A stretch of DNA of 64,000 nucleotides from Candidatus Latescibacterota bacterium (GTDB lineage: Bacteria > Latescibacterota > UBA2968): assembly GCA_965204375.1 (NCBI GenBank), contig OZ241986.1, positions 384,001-448,000 of the forward strand, in the 5' to 3' direction. The translations under genes and the position numbers were made by a program. Positions 47,628 through 57,680 of this stretch are shown here, one piece after another. Position 1 is the first letter of the stretch. Every line of letters starts with the position of its first letter. The notes under the pieces are model-generated. The model was not told the DNA's origin. It saw only the letters and a program-made list of their open reading frames with translations, and made no database searches.

Positions 47628-48056
47628 ATGGCTATTGATCACACACTCGAAGAAGGCACAGAGATCCATCTCGATTTTGAAAAGGTCCGCAAGGTTGCAC
47701 AGACCGATCACCCCATCATACCCGTTGCGGTACAGGATGTGGATAGCAAAGCCGTTCTCCTGATTGGCTATGTCAATGAACAGGCGCTTGATTACGCGCT
47801 TGAACACCGCGTGGCAACTTTTTGGAGTACTTCGCGCAATGAACTCTGGATTAAAGGGGCCACGTCTGGTGATATGCTCGAATTGGTCGATGTGCGCATC
47901 AACTGCGAGCAAAATTCACTGCTCTATCTCGTGCGCCTCAAAGGCGATGGATCGTGTCATACGAAAGAAAATGGGCAAGCGCGTTACGGCTGTTATTACC
48001 GCAGTATCGATAATGGAAAATTGATATTTGTAAATCCCAAAACCATACCGGAGTAA
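47628..48056 (+). CDS. hisI: Phosphoribosyl-AMP cyclohydrolase (variant motif)
   Basis: IPVAVQD, FWSTSRNELWIKGATSG, NCEQNSLL, SCH...GCYY. Confidence 0.85.
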   Translation: MAIDHTLEEGTEIHLDFEKVRKVAQTDHPIIPVAVQDVDSKAVLLIGYVNEQALDYALEHRVATFWSTSRNELWIKGATSGDMLELVDVRINCEQNSLLYLVRLKGDGSCHTKENGQARYGCYYRSIDNGKLIFVNPKTIPE

Positions 48057-48062
48057 TGAGTC

Positions 48063-48563
48063 ATGCCATCAGAGGTCGTTACCCGAATCCGCGCAGATCA
48101 ATGGCAAATTTTCAGGGATGTGCGTCTCCGCGCACTTGAAGATGCGCCTTATGCTTTTGGTACAACGCTGGCAGAAGGGAAAAAAAGAACCGATAGAGAC
48201 TGGCAGGATATGGCGAGAGGCCATGCTACTCTGTCGGATCGCGCTTATTTCATGGCTTATGTGGGGGATAATCCCTGTGGTATGGCGGGTTGTTATCGCA
48301 GGGCATCAGACGTAGTAGTGCTCACCGCGATGTGGGTCGCACCCGAATTTCGAGGACAAAATATCGGTGAGCAGATTGTGTGCGCCGTCATAGAATGGGC
48401 ACGAGAGGGTGGGGCCACTATGCTCGAAGCCTGGGTCAGTGAAAATAATCCAGCGCGTTTTTTTTATCAAAAAATCGGATTTGAAGAGACTGATTTAACC
48501 GAACCGCTTCGCTCAGATTCCAAAATTCAGATGGTTTTGATCAGGCGCGATATTGCGTCCTGA
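48063..48563 (+). CDS. GNAT family N-acetyltransferase
   Basis: RLRALEDAPYAF, MWVAPEFRGQNIG, NPARFFYQKIGF. Confidence 0.9.
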   Translation: MPSEVVTRIRADQWQIFRDVRLRALEDAPYAFGTTLAEGKKRTDRDWQDMARGHATLSDRAYFMAYVGDNPCGMAGCYRRASDVVVLTAMWVAPEFRGQNIGEQIVCAVIEWAREGGATMLEAWVSENNPARFFYQKIGFEETDLTEPLRSDSKIQMVLIRRDIAS

Positions 48564-48571
48564 AATCGGGG

Positions 48572-48600
48572 TTGATTCACTATCTTCTCAACAGTATATT
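48572..48600 (+). promoter_or_regulatory. Sigma70-like promoter for prs
   Basis: TTGATT-N17-TATATT. Confidence 0.45.
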
Positions 48601-48675
48601 GCTCACATGGGAAATGGTGTAAAAATGCGGTTGATTCAGACAAATCAGAGCACTCGACGACAGGAGGGAGAAAAC

Positions 48676-49650
48676 GTGGGTTACGATCTCAAAGTTTTTT
48701 CAGGTAATACCAATCGACCATTGGCAGAAGATATTTGCAATATTCTCGATACTCGGCTTGCCGAGGCCACTGTGAGTCAGTTTTCAGGTGGCGAAACACA
48801 TGTGCAAATCGATGAAAACGTGCGCGGCTGCGATGTTTTTATTGTTCAACCTCTTTGTGCAAATGAAGAAGAAGGAATCTCGCCCAATGACGCTTTGATG
48901 GAACTTCTCATCTTGATCGATGCTGCGCGACGCGCCTCTGCCCGACGCATCACAGCGGTTGTACCCTATTATGGCTATGCGCGGCAGGACCGCAAAGACC
49001 GCCCCCGCGTGCCTATCACAGCCAAACTGGTCGCCAATATGATTTATACCGCTGGGGCGAGGCGGGTTTTAACCCTGGACCTGCACGCCAATCAGATCCA
49101 GGGCTTCTTTGACATACCTGTTGACCACCTCTATTCCATTAACATTTTAGGCGAATACTTCAGGCTAAAAAACCTCAAAAACCTCGTTGTTATGGCACCC
49201 GATGTAGGTGGTATAAAAATGGCACGCGCTTATGCCGAACTACTCGGTGCGCCATTGGCTATTGTAGATAAACGCCGCTGGAGTGGTCAAAAAACCGAAG
49301 TTCTGAACGTTATTGGCGAAGTAAAAGACAAAAATATCGTCATTGTTGACGATATTATCTCTACGGGTAGTTCTCTCATCGAAGCCGCTTCTGCATTAAA
49401 AGACAAAGGCGCACGCGATATATGCGCTACTATTGTTCACCCGGTGTTGGCAGATCCCGCCGTTGAGCGCGTGGAAAATTCCATTCTTACAGAGCTTGTC
49501 GTTTCCAATTCCATTCCCGTGCCCAAACGCGCCCAAAATGGCAAAATCAAAATTCTATCAGTTGCTCCTATTCTCGCCGAATCCATCCGTCGCATCAACA
49601 ACGATGAATCCGTCAGTAATCTCTTTGCCAATGCGAAGGTGGAGGGATAA
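48676..49650 (+). CDS. prs: Ribose-phosphate pyrophosphokinase
   Basis: PYYGYARQDRK, DLHANQIQGFF, PDVGG, VDDIISTG; GTG start after GGAGGGAG. Confidence 0.96.
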   Translation: MGYDLKVFSGNTNRPLAEDICNILDTRLAEATVSQFSGGETHVQIDENVRGCDVFIVQPLCANEEEGISPNDALMELLILIDAARRASARRITAVVPYYGYARQDRKDRPRVPITAKLVANMIYTAGARRVLTLDLHANQIQGFFDIPVDHLYSINILGEYFRLKNLKNLVVMAPDVGGIKMARAYAELLGAPLAIVDKRRWSGQKTEVLNVIGEVKDKNIVIVDDIISTGSSLIEAASALKDKGARDICATIVHPVLADPAVERVENSILTELVVSNSIPVPKRAQNGKIKILSVAPILAESIRRINNDESVSNLFANAKVEG

Positions 49651-49684
49651 GTTGCGCGAGCGTAAAAGGGTTTGGTTAAAAAAT

Positions 49685-49715
49685 AAAAACCGACCTGATG
49701 ATGAGGTCGGTTTTT
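49685..49715. terminator. Bidirectional intrinsic terminator
   Basis: AAAAACCGACCT-GATGATG-AGGTCGGTTTTT. Confidence 0.8.
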
Positions 49716-49754
49716 GATTTTGTAAAGCGTTACAGTTTTGTACTGAAAACGGCG

Positions 49755-50291
49755 TTATGGTTTGCCGATGTTAAAGCCAATCCCTACGGCTGTGCGCAGG
49801 GCGCTTGCATCTTCTTGCTCGCCAATAACCCAGCGTACCTCAAACAAAAGTTCCATTCTGCGGTTCAATAATTGTTTTTCCATGCCTACGAGAATAAAGT
49901 GAAGCGCAGCCTGATATTCGTTTTGAAATTCGTTGATGATCAGCCTTTCGCGCCGCACCCGGTTCACTCCCAATCCACCGCCCATATACGCATACGCAGT
50001 CCCCGATTTATGCGGCCACAAGTACTTTAGAAAAGCCCCACCACCTCTCGCTTGAATTTCGGTACCGTCGAGATCGGATCCGCTTCCTGTCTCAGCACCT
50101 ATTTCGAGGCGAAGGTTGGGCGAAAATACGGTTGCAATATCTGCTTGAAGTACAAAGAAATGCCGTGTGTCGTTTGCCTGTACAACGTCTAAACCAACCT
50201 TGGTTGCCAGATTGTAGAGCTTAAAACCGGCCTGGGCACTCGTTGTAAAAAAAATTAAGACCAAAAATCCGACACCAGCAAAAACCCTCAT
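49755..50291 (-). CDS. Small outer-membrane beta-barrel protein
   Basis: Signal peptide (AQA), YMGGGLG, terminal GIGFNI. Confidence 0.62.
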   Translation of the reverse strand: MRVFAGVGFLVLIFFTTSAQAGFKLYNLATKVGLDVVQANDTRHFFVLQADIATVFSPNLRLEIGAETGSGSDLDGTEIQARGGGAFLKYLWPHKSGTAYAYMGGGLGVNRVRRERLIINEFQNEYQAALHFILVGMEKQLLNRRMELLFEVRWVIGEQEDASALRTAVGIGFNIGKP

Positions 50292-50333
50292 GACACACTC
50301 CTCACAGCACTTTTTGGCAGTGCGGAATAGCTT

Positions 50334-50651
50334 CTATCTACACGACGCCAGTGCTAATTGTTTGAGATAAGAATAAGTATAAATTCCCGTATCGTGTCCA
50401 TCTATCCACCGAATTTGGATGGCATAATTTCCGACTGGAATGACATCCGACAGATCCACCGATGGCGTTTGATCCGCAGTAATCATCTGCAATTGCTCGT
50501 CTTGCTTTGTCCGCATGTCTTTACACAATGCACATGGGCAGGCTTTTCGCACGTCGGACAAGCTCACGCACAAAATCCCATCGTCTGCCCAATCCATTTC
50601 GAGCCATCCCTCTGCGCGGTCAACGCGAATACGTTTGGGTTTTTCTGCCAC
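50334..50651 (-). CDS. DUF971 (gamma-butyrobetaine hydroxylase N-terminal-like) protein
   Basis: RKACPCALC, VGNYAIQIRWIDGHDTGIY. Confidence 0.88.
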   Translation of the reverse strand: MAEKPKRIRVDRAEGWLEMDWADDGILCVSLSDVRKACPCALCKDMRTKQDEQLQMITADQTPSVDLSDVIPVGNYAIQIRWIDGHDTGIYTYSYLKQLALASCR

Positions 50652-50661
50652 GACCAGCCTC

Positions 50662-51324
50662 CTAACGCTTCAACCGATGCCTTAATCCCAATTCCTGAAG
50701 CAAAATACCGTATTGCTCGCGCAGATTGTTTTGCAGAGCAAAGGCGCGGTTATAGGCGATTGCCGCATCTTCAAAAAATCCCTGAGCAGTCAGAATACGC
50801 CCCATTAAAATATAATTGAGCGCGTAATGGGGCATGCGTTCTGTGGTCTCACTTGCCATGTCGAGTGCCCGCTCTAAGCGTCCCGTTTTCAGGTAAATCC
50901 AGCCCAAACCCTGATAGGCTGCGATGATATCGGGATCCAGGGCAAGTCCCTGCTGATAATATTGCTCTGATAGAATTATATCGCCTATCTGCTGATATAG
51001 ATATCCGAGCGCGACCAAAGCGCTTGCGTCAGTCGAGTCCTGGACGGCCAATTGCTGGCAGGTGTCAATTGCGCGATCAAAATCTTCCATTCGCAAATAA
51101 GCCGATATGAGGAGGCGCAATGCTTGTGTGTGTGCGGGGGTTTTTCCCAAAATATCGCGCAAGACGACAGCAGCACCACCGGGATTGCCTGCTTCCAGCG
51201 AATCGACAACACTTTTCAATGCGGGGTCGAGAACCATCGATTCACTGCTTTCAAACATCTCTTGAGCACTGGAAATCTCTGCACCCAAAAGCATAACAAC
51301 GATTATTCCCAGTCGCAATATCAT
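50662..51324 (-). CDS. Exported tetratricopeptide repeat protein
   Basis: Signal peptide; ALVALGYLY, AYQGLGWIY, NYILMGRIL repeats. Confidence 0.85.
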   Translation of the reverse strand: MILRLGIIVVMLLGAEISSAQEMFESSESMVLDPALKSVVDSLEAGNPGGAAVVLRDILGKTPAHTQALRLLISAYLRMEDFDRAIDTCQQLAVQDSTDASALVALGYLYQQIGDIILSEQYYQQGLALDPDIIAAYQGLGWIYLKTGRLERALDMASETTERMPHYALNYILMGRILTAQGFFEDAAIAYNRAFALQNNLREQYGILLQELGLRHRLKR

Positions 51325-51345
51325 ATACTTCCCTGACCATACCCT

Positions 51346-51639
51346 CTATAGATACAAGGGGCGTCCAGTGTAGGGCCATTGGACTGATGACTTTGGCAAA
51401 TTCAGTCGAGTTGTCGTAGTTGTATCCCACACAAAGGGATCAATTATGGGATACTCAGTAGGGGCGTGTGGTAAAATTGTGCGATATAAGTGCTGGTTTT
51501 GGCGTATAGAAAGGCCCGGCTCGTAAATTTCAATGGCCGGGCGATTGCACCACATCACAAGAACAAGGTCTGGATCGATCTCTATTCGCTGACAAATCAA
51601 TTTGAGTATCAGATAAGCACCTGCCATAAATTTGGTCAT
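51346..51639 (-). CDS. Hypothetical protein
   Basis: AAGGA RBS; fills the gap in a co-oriented run of genes. Confidence 0.5.
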   Translation of the reverse strand: MTKFMAGAYLILKLICQRIEIDPDLVLVMWCNRPAIEIYEPGLSIRQNQHLYRTILPHAPTEYPIIDPFVWDTTTTTRLNLPKSSVQWPYTGRPLYL

Positions 51640-51669
51640 AGAGTCCTTTTCTATTTTTTGCTTTGATCA

Positions 51670-52512
51670 CTAACCGCTCTTGCTACCAAACGCGGCGACA
51701 AAGCTGAGAAAATCTTGAAAATCAATGGTCCCATTACTATCCAGATCCATACGGGCATCAAAACCGTCATCAGATGAAGACTTGCCAAATTGCGCGACAA
51801 AGAGGAGAAAGTCTGGAAATTCAACCGCGCCGTTTCCATCAAAATCACCAGGTAGCATACTCGGTGTTGGAGGTGTTGGGGGTGTTGGAGGTGTTCCCGT
51901 ATCTGTCGCTTTCGCAAAAGTAATTACGATCCTGATTGGATCATCTGGTGGAACGTGCTGAGAAAGTGCGCCCATTGCCAGGCCTCTTACAGATTCGGGT
52001 AATGAAGCCAATAATTCTTCTAAAAGTAACGGGCGTATGATCTTCAGCGAATCCGCCGTCGCTGTGTACGTATAATTGAGTGGGTCTTCATTTTCGCGGG
52101 TTATGGTGAGTGCATGGGTATCGGATGCGACTGTATAATTTCCCTCGTATTGGCTTGTATCGAGTACAGAGACCGAGAGAGGAACCAATAGCACTGCAGA
52201 GATATTGGTCGCTGTTCTGTAGTCCGCTTGGACTTTGCCATCGGCACTAAAAGCTATTGTGCCGTTGATCTCGCCTTCAACTGTAAGAGGCGATACAGCC
52301 TGCACGAGTCCGGCCGGGACATAAGCATTCAGCCCGACCTTCTCAGCTACCCAGGAGCCGGCGATCTCGCCACCTTGAGGCGTGGGGGTTTCTGGCAGAA
52401 GTCCCGCATCTGCCTGTCCAAATGCTATGAACGCCGTTATAAGTAGAACGCAGTTTCTCAGTACCTTAAACTGCCATTTTTTGACCGCGACGCCAGAATT
52501 TGACCAGTTCAT
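51670..52512 (-). CDS. Secreted protein with Pro/Thr linker and C-terminal dockerin/EF-hand-like repeat pair
   Basis: TPPTPPTPPTP then GDFDGNGAVEFPDF...DLDSNGTIDFQDF. Confidence 0.8.
   Translation of the reverse strand: MNWSNSGVAVKKWQFKVLRNCVLLITAFIAFGQADAGLLPETPTPQGGEIAGSWVAEKVGLNAYVPAGLVQAVSPLTVEGEINGTIAFSADGKVQADYRTATNISAVLLVPLSVSVLDTSQYEGNYTVASDTHALTITRENEDPLNYTYTATADSLKIIRPLLLEELLASLPESVRGLAMGALSQHVPPDDPIRIVITFAKATDTGTPPTPPTPPTPSMLPGDFDGNGAVEFPDFLLFVAQFGKSSSDDGFDARMDLDSNGTIDFQDFLSFVAAFGSKSG
51863..51895. repeat. 9-bp tandem repeat encoding the Pro/Thr linker
   Basis: GGTGTTGGR three times plus a partial copy. Confidence 0.75.
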
Positions 52513-52664
52513 ATTCCCTCCTCCAGTGTTTATTTGTTTCTTTTACAACGCACGATCACTTTTCAATTTACGCAATTCGCGTGTCCTCTGCAATACCTAA
52601 CTCGTGTTGTCAAATCTTTCATCGCGTGCTATCTTGCAAAACAACACTTGAGAAAGGAGCGCGT

Positions 52665-53609
52665 ATGCAATATCGAGTTCTCGTCGATGTCGATCTTCCC
52701 GATGAAATTCCAGAGATGATGAATAACCGCTGCGAACTACACATTTTGGCGCACGGCGATGTTTCAGATGATAAATTCGCGTCTGCACAAGGGCTGCTCA
52801 CTTATGGACACCCGATTATCGGTGGTGATTTTATGGATCGCATGCCCAATTTGAAAATTATCAGCAATTTTGGTGTTGGCGTAGATCACATTGATCTATC
52901 AGCGGCCAAACAGCGCGGGATTCCAGTGGGCAATACGCCTAATATGCTCGATGGCGCGACAGCCGATATGACTTTTGCAATGCTTATGGCCGCCGCCCGC
53001 AATATCGTTATTGGCGACCGCTTTGCTCGCAGTGCGGCTTTTACGCATTACGATCCACGCATTTTGATCGGTCACGAAATCCACGGTACAACATTGGGTA
53101 TTATTGGTATGGGCAATATCGGCAAGCAGGTCGCGCGACGGTCACGGGGGTTTGACATGAATGTGCTGTATCACAATCGAAAGCCAGATACGAAAGCCGA
53201 GGTCGAGTTGGGCGCGACTTATGTTTCTCTCAACGATTTGCTCGCAGAATCGGATTTTGTCACTTTGAATGTGCCGCTGACTGAAGAAACGCGAAATATG
53301 ATTGGTCGAGATCAGCTCAGGCGAATGAAAAGAACCGCTATACTGGTCAATCTCGCGCGCGGAGGCGTTATTGATCACGATGCACTCGTAGAAGCTCTTG
53401 AGAATAATTGGATCGCAGTTGCCGCGCTCGATGTGACCGAGCCAGAACCCCTTCCACGCGATCATCCCCTCCTGTCCATGGACAATGTGGTTATAGTTCC
53501 CCATCTGGGTAGTGCCACACGCCAGACTCGTATCGCAATGGCCCAGCGTACAGTAGATAATCTTATAGCTGGACTCACAGATCAGCCTTTGATCACTCGT
53601 GTAGTGTAA
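52665..53609 (+). CDS. D-isomer-specific 2-hydroxyacid dehydrogenase (glyoxylate reductase-like)
   Basis: GVGVDHID, GIIGMGNIG, NLARG, LDVTEPEP, PHLGSAT; AAAGGAG RBS. Confidence 0.92.
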   Translation: MQYRVLVDVDLPDEIPEMMNNRCELHILAHGDVSDDKFASAQGLLTYGHPIIGGDFMDRMPNLKIISNFGVGVDHIDLSAAKQRGIPVGNTPNMLDGATADMTFAMLMAAARNIVIGDRFARSAAFTHYDPRILIGHEIHGTTLGIIGMGNIGKQVARRSRGFDMNVLYHNRKPDTKAEVELGATYVSLNDLLAESDFVTLNVPLTEETRNMIGRDQLRRMKRTAILVNLARGGVIDHDALVEALENNWIAVAALDVTEPEPLPRDHPLLSMDNVVIVPHLGSATRQTRIAMAQRTVDNLIAGLTDQPLITRVV

Positions 53610-53681
53610 AACAGATATATTGGAGAGGGGATGAGGAAGGTGAATCAATCAGGAGAAAGAGGATGTTTGGCGCAGGCTCTT

Positions 53682-54752
53682 TCACGTCTCACCTAATTCA
53701 ATGTGTTGACCTGTAGCATTTGACCTGTATGCCGCTTCAATGATTCTGGCGACTTTTAAGGCATCTTCTCCAGAGGTCGGAGCCGTGCCTTTGCCCGCCG
53801 TAGATCGAATAAAGTCATCCATAAAAGCGATTCCATAAGCACCGCCATAAGCATCGACTTCGGGTAGCGTATAATCAAAGGTGCGCTGAGATGCCGTGTG
53901 CCAGCCTTCTGCAACGCTTTCGAGATACAATTCTGATGGGCCACCCGAAGGCGTCCAGAATACGCGACCCTCATGACCGCGAAATCCCATATACGTATCG
54001 TAATTCGGCCCCATATAACCCGCGCCACTTATTGATAGTTGATAACCGGCCTGCATACTGCCCAGCGCGCCGTTGGAGAACCGGAAGGATAGAGATGCCA
54101 CATCCTCAACATCGATGTCTTCGCCACTGAGCGTATCGACAACCGCAGAAACAGAGACGATGTCCGCGTTCATGACATAGCACAGCAGGTCGATATAATG
54201 GCAGCCCAACCACGATAAGATGCCGCCGCCGGAAATTGACCGATCAAATAGCCAGTGTTTGGGGTTGCGAAATTTTACCTGCGATGTGACCATCCGAGAT
54301 TCACAGGATGTCACGCGACCTATGGCACCCCCCTGGACGACTCTTCGCGCTTCACAAGAGGCGGGGTGATAGCGATTCTGATACATAACGCCCAGTTGTA
54401 CGCCCGCTTTTGCCGCGCCATCCACGACCTGAGAAACAGCGGCAACCGAAGCACCGATGGGTTTTTCGCTGATGATGTGAATGCCCTGCTCGAACAAGCG
54501 CAGACAAAGGTCTGGATTCCGATCGTTGTGAGCGCAAGCCACACCAAAGACTATATTTTCCGAGCCTAAAAGTACGCTGAGATCGGAATAAGTGCCCGCG
54601 ACTTTATCTGTTGAGTTAAAGCTGTTCAGAGCCGAGGGGTCGGCATCGTACAGAATAATCTCATCTACCAGTTTAGAAGCCTGCAGGGTCTTGAAATGAG
54701 CTTCTGAATGGGGATGTGTCAGGCCAAATAGGCCGGCGCGAACAGGTTCCAT
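53682..54752 (-). CDS. Gfo/Idh/MocA family oxidoreductase
   Basis: HIISEKP, GGGILSWLGCHYID; GAGG RBS. Confidence 0.88.
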   Translation of the reverse strand: MEPVRAGLFGLTHPHSEAHFKTLQASKLVDEIILYDADPSALNSFNSTDKVAGTYSDLSVLLGSENIVFGVACAHNDRNPDLCLRLFEQGIHIISEKPIGASVAAVSQVVDGAAKAGVQLGVMYQNRYHPASCEARRVVQGGAIGRVTSCESRMVTSQVKFRNPKHWLFDRSISGGGILSWLGCHYIDLLCYVMNADIVSVSAVVDTLSGEDIDVEDVASLSFRFSNGALGSMQAGYQLSISGAGYMGPNYDTYMGFRGHEGRVFWTPSGGPSELYLESVAEGWHTASQRTFDYTLPEVDAYGGAYGIAFMDDFIRSTAGKGTAPTSGEDALKVARIIEAAYRSNATGQHIELGET

Positions 54753-54762
54753 TAGATTATCC

Positions 54763-55575
54763 TCAAGATAAATACGGCAGTACTTCGCGTTTGAGCGCGT
54801 TGAGATATGTCCATTCTTCACCGGGGTCCTGGAAGATCAATGTATAATATCCCGAGAATTTGGCTTTGCGCGTCAAGTCCAAACAGGCCAGGAATTGGTC
54901 CCGCAACATTACACCATCTTCGTAATCCGCTTTGGTGTGAATCGTATCTGCAAACGGCAAGACTTCTGTGAGATCGTCCAACTTGTGTTCTCCCTTGAAG
55001 TTACCGAGATCGGTACACAATCCGATTTTTCCCTCGCATCTGTTTAAAATATCCAATAGAGGGGTTGCGCGCTGGGTCAATCGCTTGAAATTCTCGGTCA
55101 TGACACGTACGCCACAATCGCGGGCATAGTCCGATAATTGCAGGAGATTTTGTGCGCTGAGTGCTATGGATTCCGCGTCTGGCTCTGCTTCGCCAGCTAT
55201 TACGCGCACATTCGCCGCGCCACAGGTGGATGCGATGTCGATCCATCTCTGAATTTCCGCCAGGTCCTTTTCTCTTTGGTCGGAATCGGGATGCGTAATA
55301 TCCCAGGCGTCGATCAAGATGCTGTAAAGCGATACGCCGTGTCTGTCCAGTTCTGCGCGCAGGTCCGCGATAAATGCCTCATCTGTTGTGGGGAAGTGAA
55401 AATGGCAGATTTCCAAATTTCTGATACCATGTGATGCCACTTCGCGAGGGACATTGAGTAGCTGTATGCGCCCCCCATCGCCATTTCGATTCACAAATCC
55501 ATCGGGCGTGCGATCGTACCACGCTTTGCCCAAAGCGCGGTGCAAGCTCCAGGTGGAAATAGATAGTTCTGGCAT
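54763..55575 (-). CDS. Sugar phosphate isomerase/epimerase (xylose-isomerase-like TIM barrel)
   Basis: ISTWSLH, TEN, DLGNF, HTK. Confidence 0.82.
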   Translation of the reverse strand: MPELSISTWSLHRALGKAWYDRTPDGFVNRNGDGGRIQLLNVPREVASHGIRNLEICHFHFPTTDEAFIADLRAELDRHGVSLYSILIDAWDITHPDSDQREKDLAEIQRWIDIASTCGAANVRVIAGEAEPDAESIALSAQNLLQLSDYARDCGVRVMTENFKRLTQRATPLLDILNRCEGKIGLCTDLGNFKGEHKLDDLTEVLPFADTIHTKADYEDGVMLRDQFLACLDLTRKAKFSGYYTLIFQDPGEEWTYLNALKREVLPYLS

Positions 55576-55590
55576 ATTACAACCTCCAGT

Positions 55591-56649
55591 TTACGTTTTG
55601 CAACTCACTTTTTTAGCCAAATGACAGATCGCCTGGGCGGCTTCGTCAACATCGAATTTGGAAATGCCGATGTGTGGGATCAATCTTATCAGATGTGCGC
55701 CGATGACGCTTACGCGTATGCCGTATTCGGCGAGCAATCGGTCACCAAAATCGCGGCCGGAAATGCCCAATTGGGCTACGTCAAAGCGCACCATATTGGT
55801 TTCTACGCCTTCGACATCAATCCCGATTCCGGGTGCTTGTGCAATGCCTTTCGCCAGGCGTTTTGCATTGGCGTGATCTTCTGCCATTCGTTCGACGTTG
55901 TGTTCTAACGCGTAAATACCGGCAGCGGCAATAATGCCGGCCTGCCGCATGGCGCCTCCGATGCGCTGCTTCCACTGCCAGGCATTTAGAATAAATTCTG
56001 AAGATCCTGCCAGCACAGCCCCCACAGGCGCACCTAAGCCCTTGCTCAGGTCGATCCACAGGGTGTCAAAAGACTCGGCATACGCTTTTGGTGTAATGCC
56101 GGATGCAACGGTTGCATTCAGGAGCCGTGCGCCGTCCATGTGCGTTAAAGCACCTTTTTCGCGCGCCATGTCGCACACTGCGCGTATATGTTCGAGAGGC
56201 CATATACGTCCCCCCGGCATATTTGTGGTTTGTTCGGCACAGACGAGGCGGAAGGGGGGTCTGTATCGCGTTGAAGGCACCATAACTTCTGCCATTTGCT
56301 CGGGTGTAAACATGCCATTTTTCCCATCGATGGGATACAGCGTTGCGCGAGCGAGCACCGCTGCGCCACCGGCTTCTGATATGAGCGGGTGTGCGGTGCG
56401 ATCCACTAAAATGAGATCGCCTGCACGGCAGTGAACCGCATAAGAAATCTGGTTGCACATCGTTCCCGATGGCAAAAAAAGGGCCGCCTCTTTGCCCAGC
56501 ATTTCGGCGACCATATCCTGTAGGGCATTCACCGATGGGTCTTCGCCCTTTTGCTCATCACCCACTTCTGCCCGACACATAAACTCGCGCATCGCTTGTG
56601 TTGGCACGGTGGATGTATCGCTGTAAAGATCAATTTTAACGTCGGTCAT
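55591..56649 (-). CDS. ltaE: Low-specificity L-threonine aldolase
   Basis: [38 protein letters not shown]. Confidence 0.88.
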   Translation of the reverse strand: MTDVKIDLYSDTSTVPTQAMREFMCRAEVGDEQKGEDPSVNALQDMVAEMLGKEAALFLPSGTMCNQISYAVHCRAGDLILVDRTAHPLISEAGGAAVLARATLYPIDGKNGMFTPEQMAEVMVPSTRYRPPFRLVCAEQTTNMPGGRIWPLEHIRAVCDMAREKGALTHMDGARLLNATVASGITPKAYAESFDTLWIDLSKGLGAPVGAVLAGSSEFILNAWQWKQRIGGAMRQAGIIAAAGIYALEHNVERMAEDHANAKRLAKGIAQAPGIGIDVEGVETNMVRFDVAQLGISGRDFGDRLLAEYGIRVSVIGAHLIRLIPHIGISKFDVDEAAQAICHLAKKVSCKT

Positions 56650-57609
56650 TTATCTCCTTCCTTCGGGGCCAGATTTGAAAAGATTTAGAAACCGATCTTC
56701 GTAAAATGGATATAGGTTCCAACGGTCCAGTTCTGCTTTGAGTTCATTGGCTTTTTTGTGAAACTGGTCATTTTTTTTCACTTCGCGAAACATCTTTTCA
56801 ATGCGTTCCATAACGGACTGCGGCACTTTGTCCTCTTCGATCTTTCCGCCCGGAAATTCGTTTTCTGGCATATCGTCCATGTGGGAAAATGTCTTTTGAA
56901 TCTGCATCTCGATATCTTCCATTGTGCCTTCCATTTTTTCCGCAGCGTCGTCAATTTCCGACATATCGACCGAAAAATTTAACAAATGTGACAAAGTCAG
57001 CACAATCTCTTTTGAAGCTTTGGGATTTGGGATGGGTGCTGCGTATTGCGGCATAGTTCCCAAAAAACAGGCTGCATTGAGATCGCGTTTTTGAGCAAAG
57101 CCCAGCAACAGACCATTAAGCCCTGAGACCATCCCCTCTTTCAAGATCTCTACGCCATGCGATGCCAGTACATCTCGAAATTCAGTGTTGTTCGCCACTC
57201 CTAGCACCTGTGCATCTTCTTTGTGACTGGACTGTGTGAGATAGGCCGCTCCTGTGAGAACGGTATCGATGCCGACCCGTTGTCCCACATCCAGAATTTT
57301 GTCCAATAATTCATCGCCGGGTACTCCGCCTATTTGCGCTTCACTTTGAAAAATGATCAGGTCGTGTTCTTCTGCTGCATAAAATGCATGGGCAGGGGGG
57401 TCGGGAAAGGTCGCGAGCCCATCTTCTACGATCATGGCTTCGGGCGTGAAGTGAGATTGCATGTCTATTTCTGCAAATGCGACGGCATCGAGTTTGCGCC
57501 GGATATAGTCAATCGCACCAATTCCTACACTGCCCATACCGGGCCATCCGGCAAGTAATACGGATGCCTGAAAGGAACGGGGCAATTCTTTCAATACGTT
57601 TAGTTTCAT
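56650..57609 (-). CDS. PAC2 (proteasome assembly chaperone-like) family protein
   Basis: LAGWPGMGSVG, SGLNGLLLG, PNPKAS. Confidence 0.82.
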   Translation of the reverse strand: MKLNVLKELPRSFQASVLLAGWPGMGSVGIGAIDYIRRKLDAVAFAEIDMQSHFTPEAMIVEDGLATFPDPPAHAFYAAEEHDLIIFQSEAQIGGVPGDELLDKILDVGQRVGIDTVLTGAAYLTQSSHKEDAQVLGVANNTEFRDVLASHGVEILKEGMVSGLNGLLLGFAQKRDLNAACFLGTMPQYAAPIPNPKASKEIVLTLSHLLNFSVDMSEIDDAAEKMEGTMEDIEMQIQKTFSHMDDMPENEFPGGKIEEDKVPQSVMERIEKMFREVKKNDQFHKKANELKAELDRWNLYPFYEDRFLNLFKSGPEGRR

Positions 57610-57680
57610 TTTGTGACCTTTCCACAGAGGACAGAGCGTTTTAGAAATAATATCAAATTATAGACCTGAACACAACCATA

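Noticed and set aside
48676-49650. prs as part of the His-attenuated operon (PRPP is the His precursor)
   Set aside because: A 112-bp gap with its own promoter-like TTGATT-N17-TATATT suggests independent transcription; read-through is not excluded
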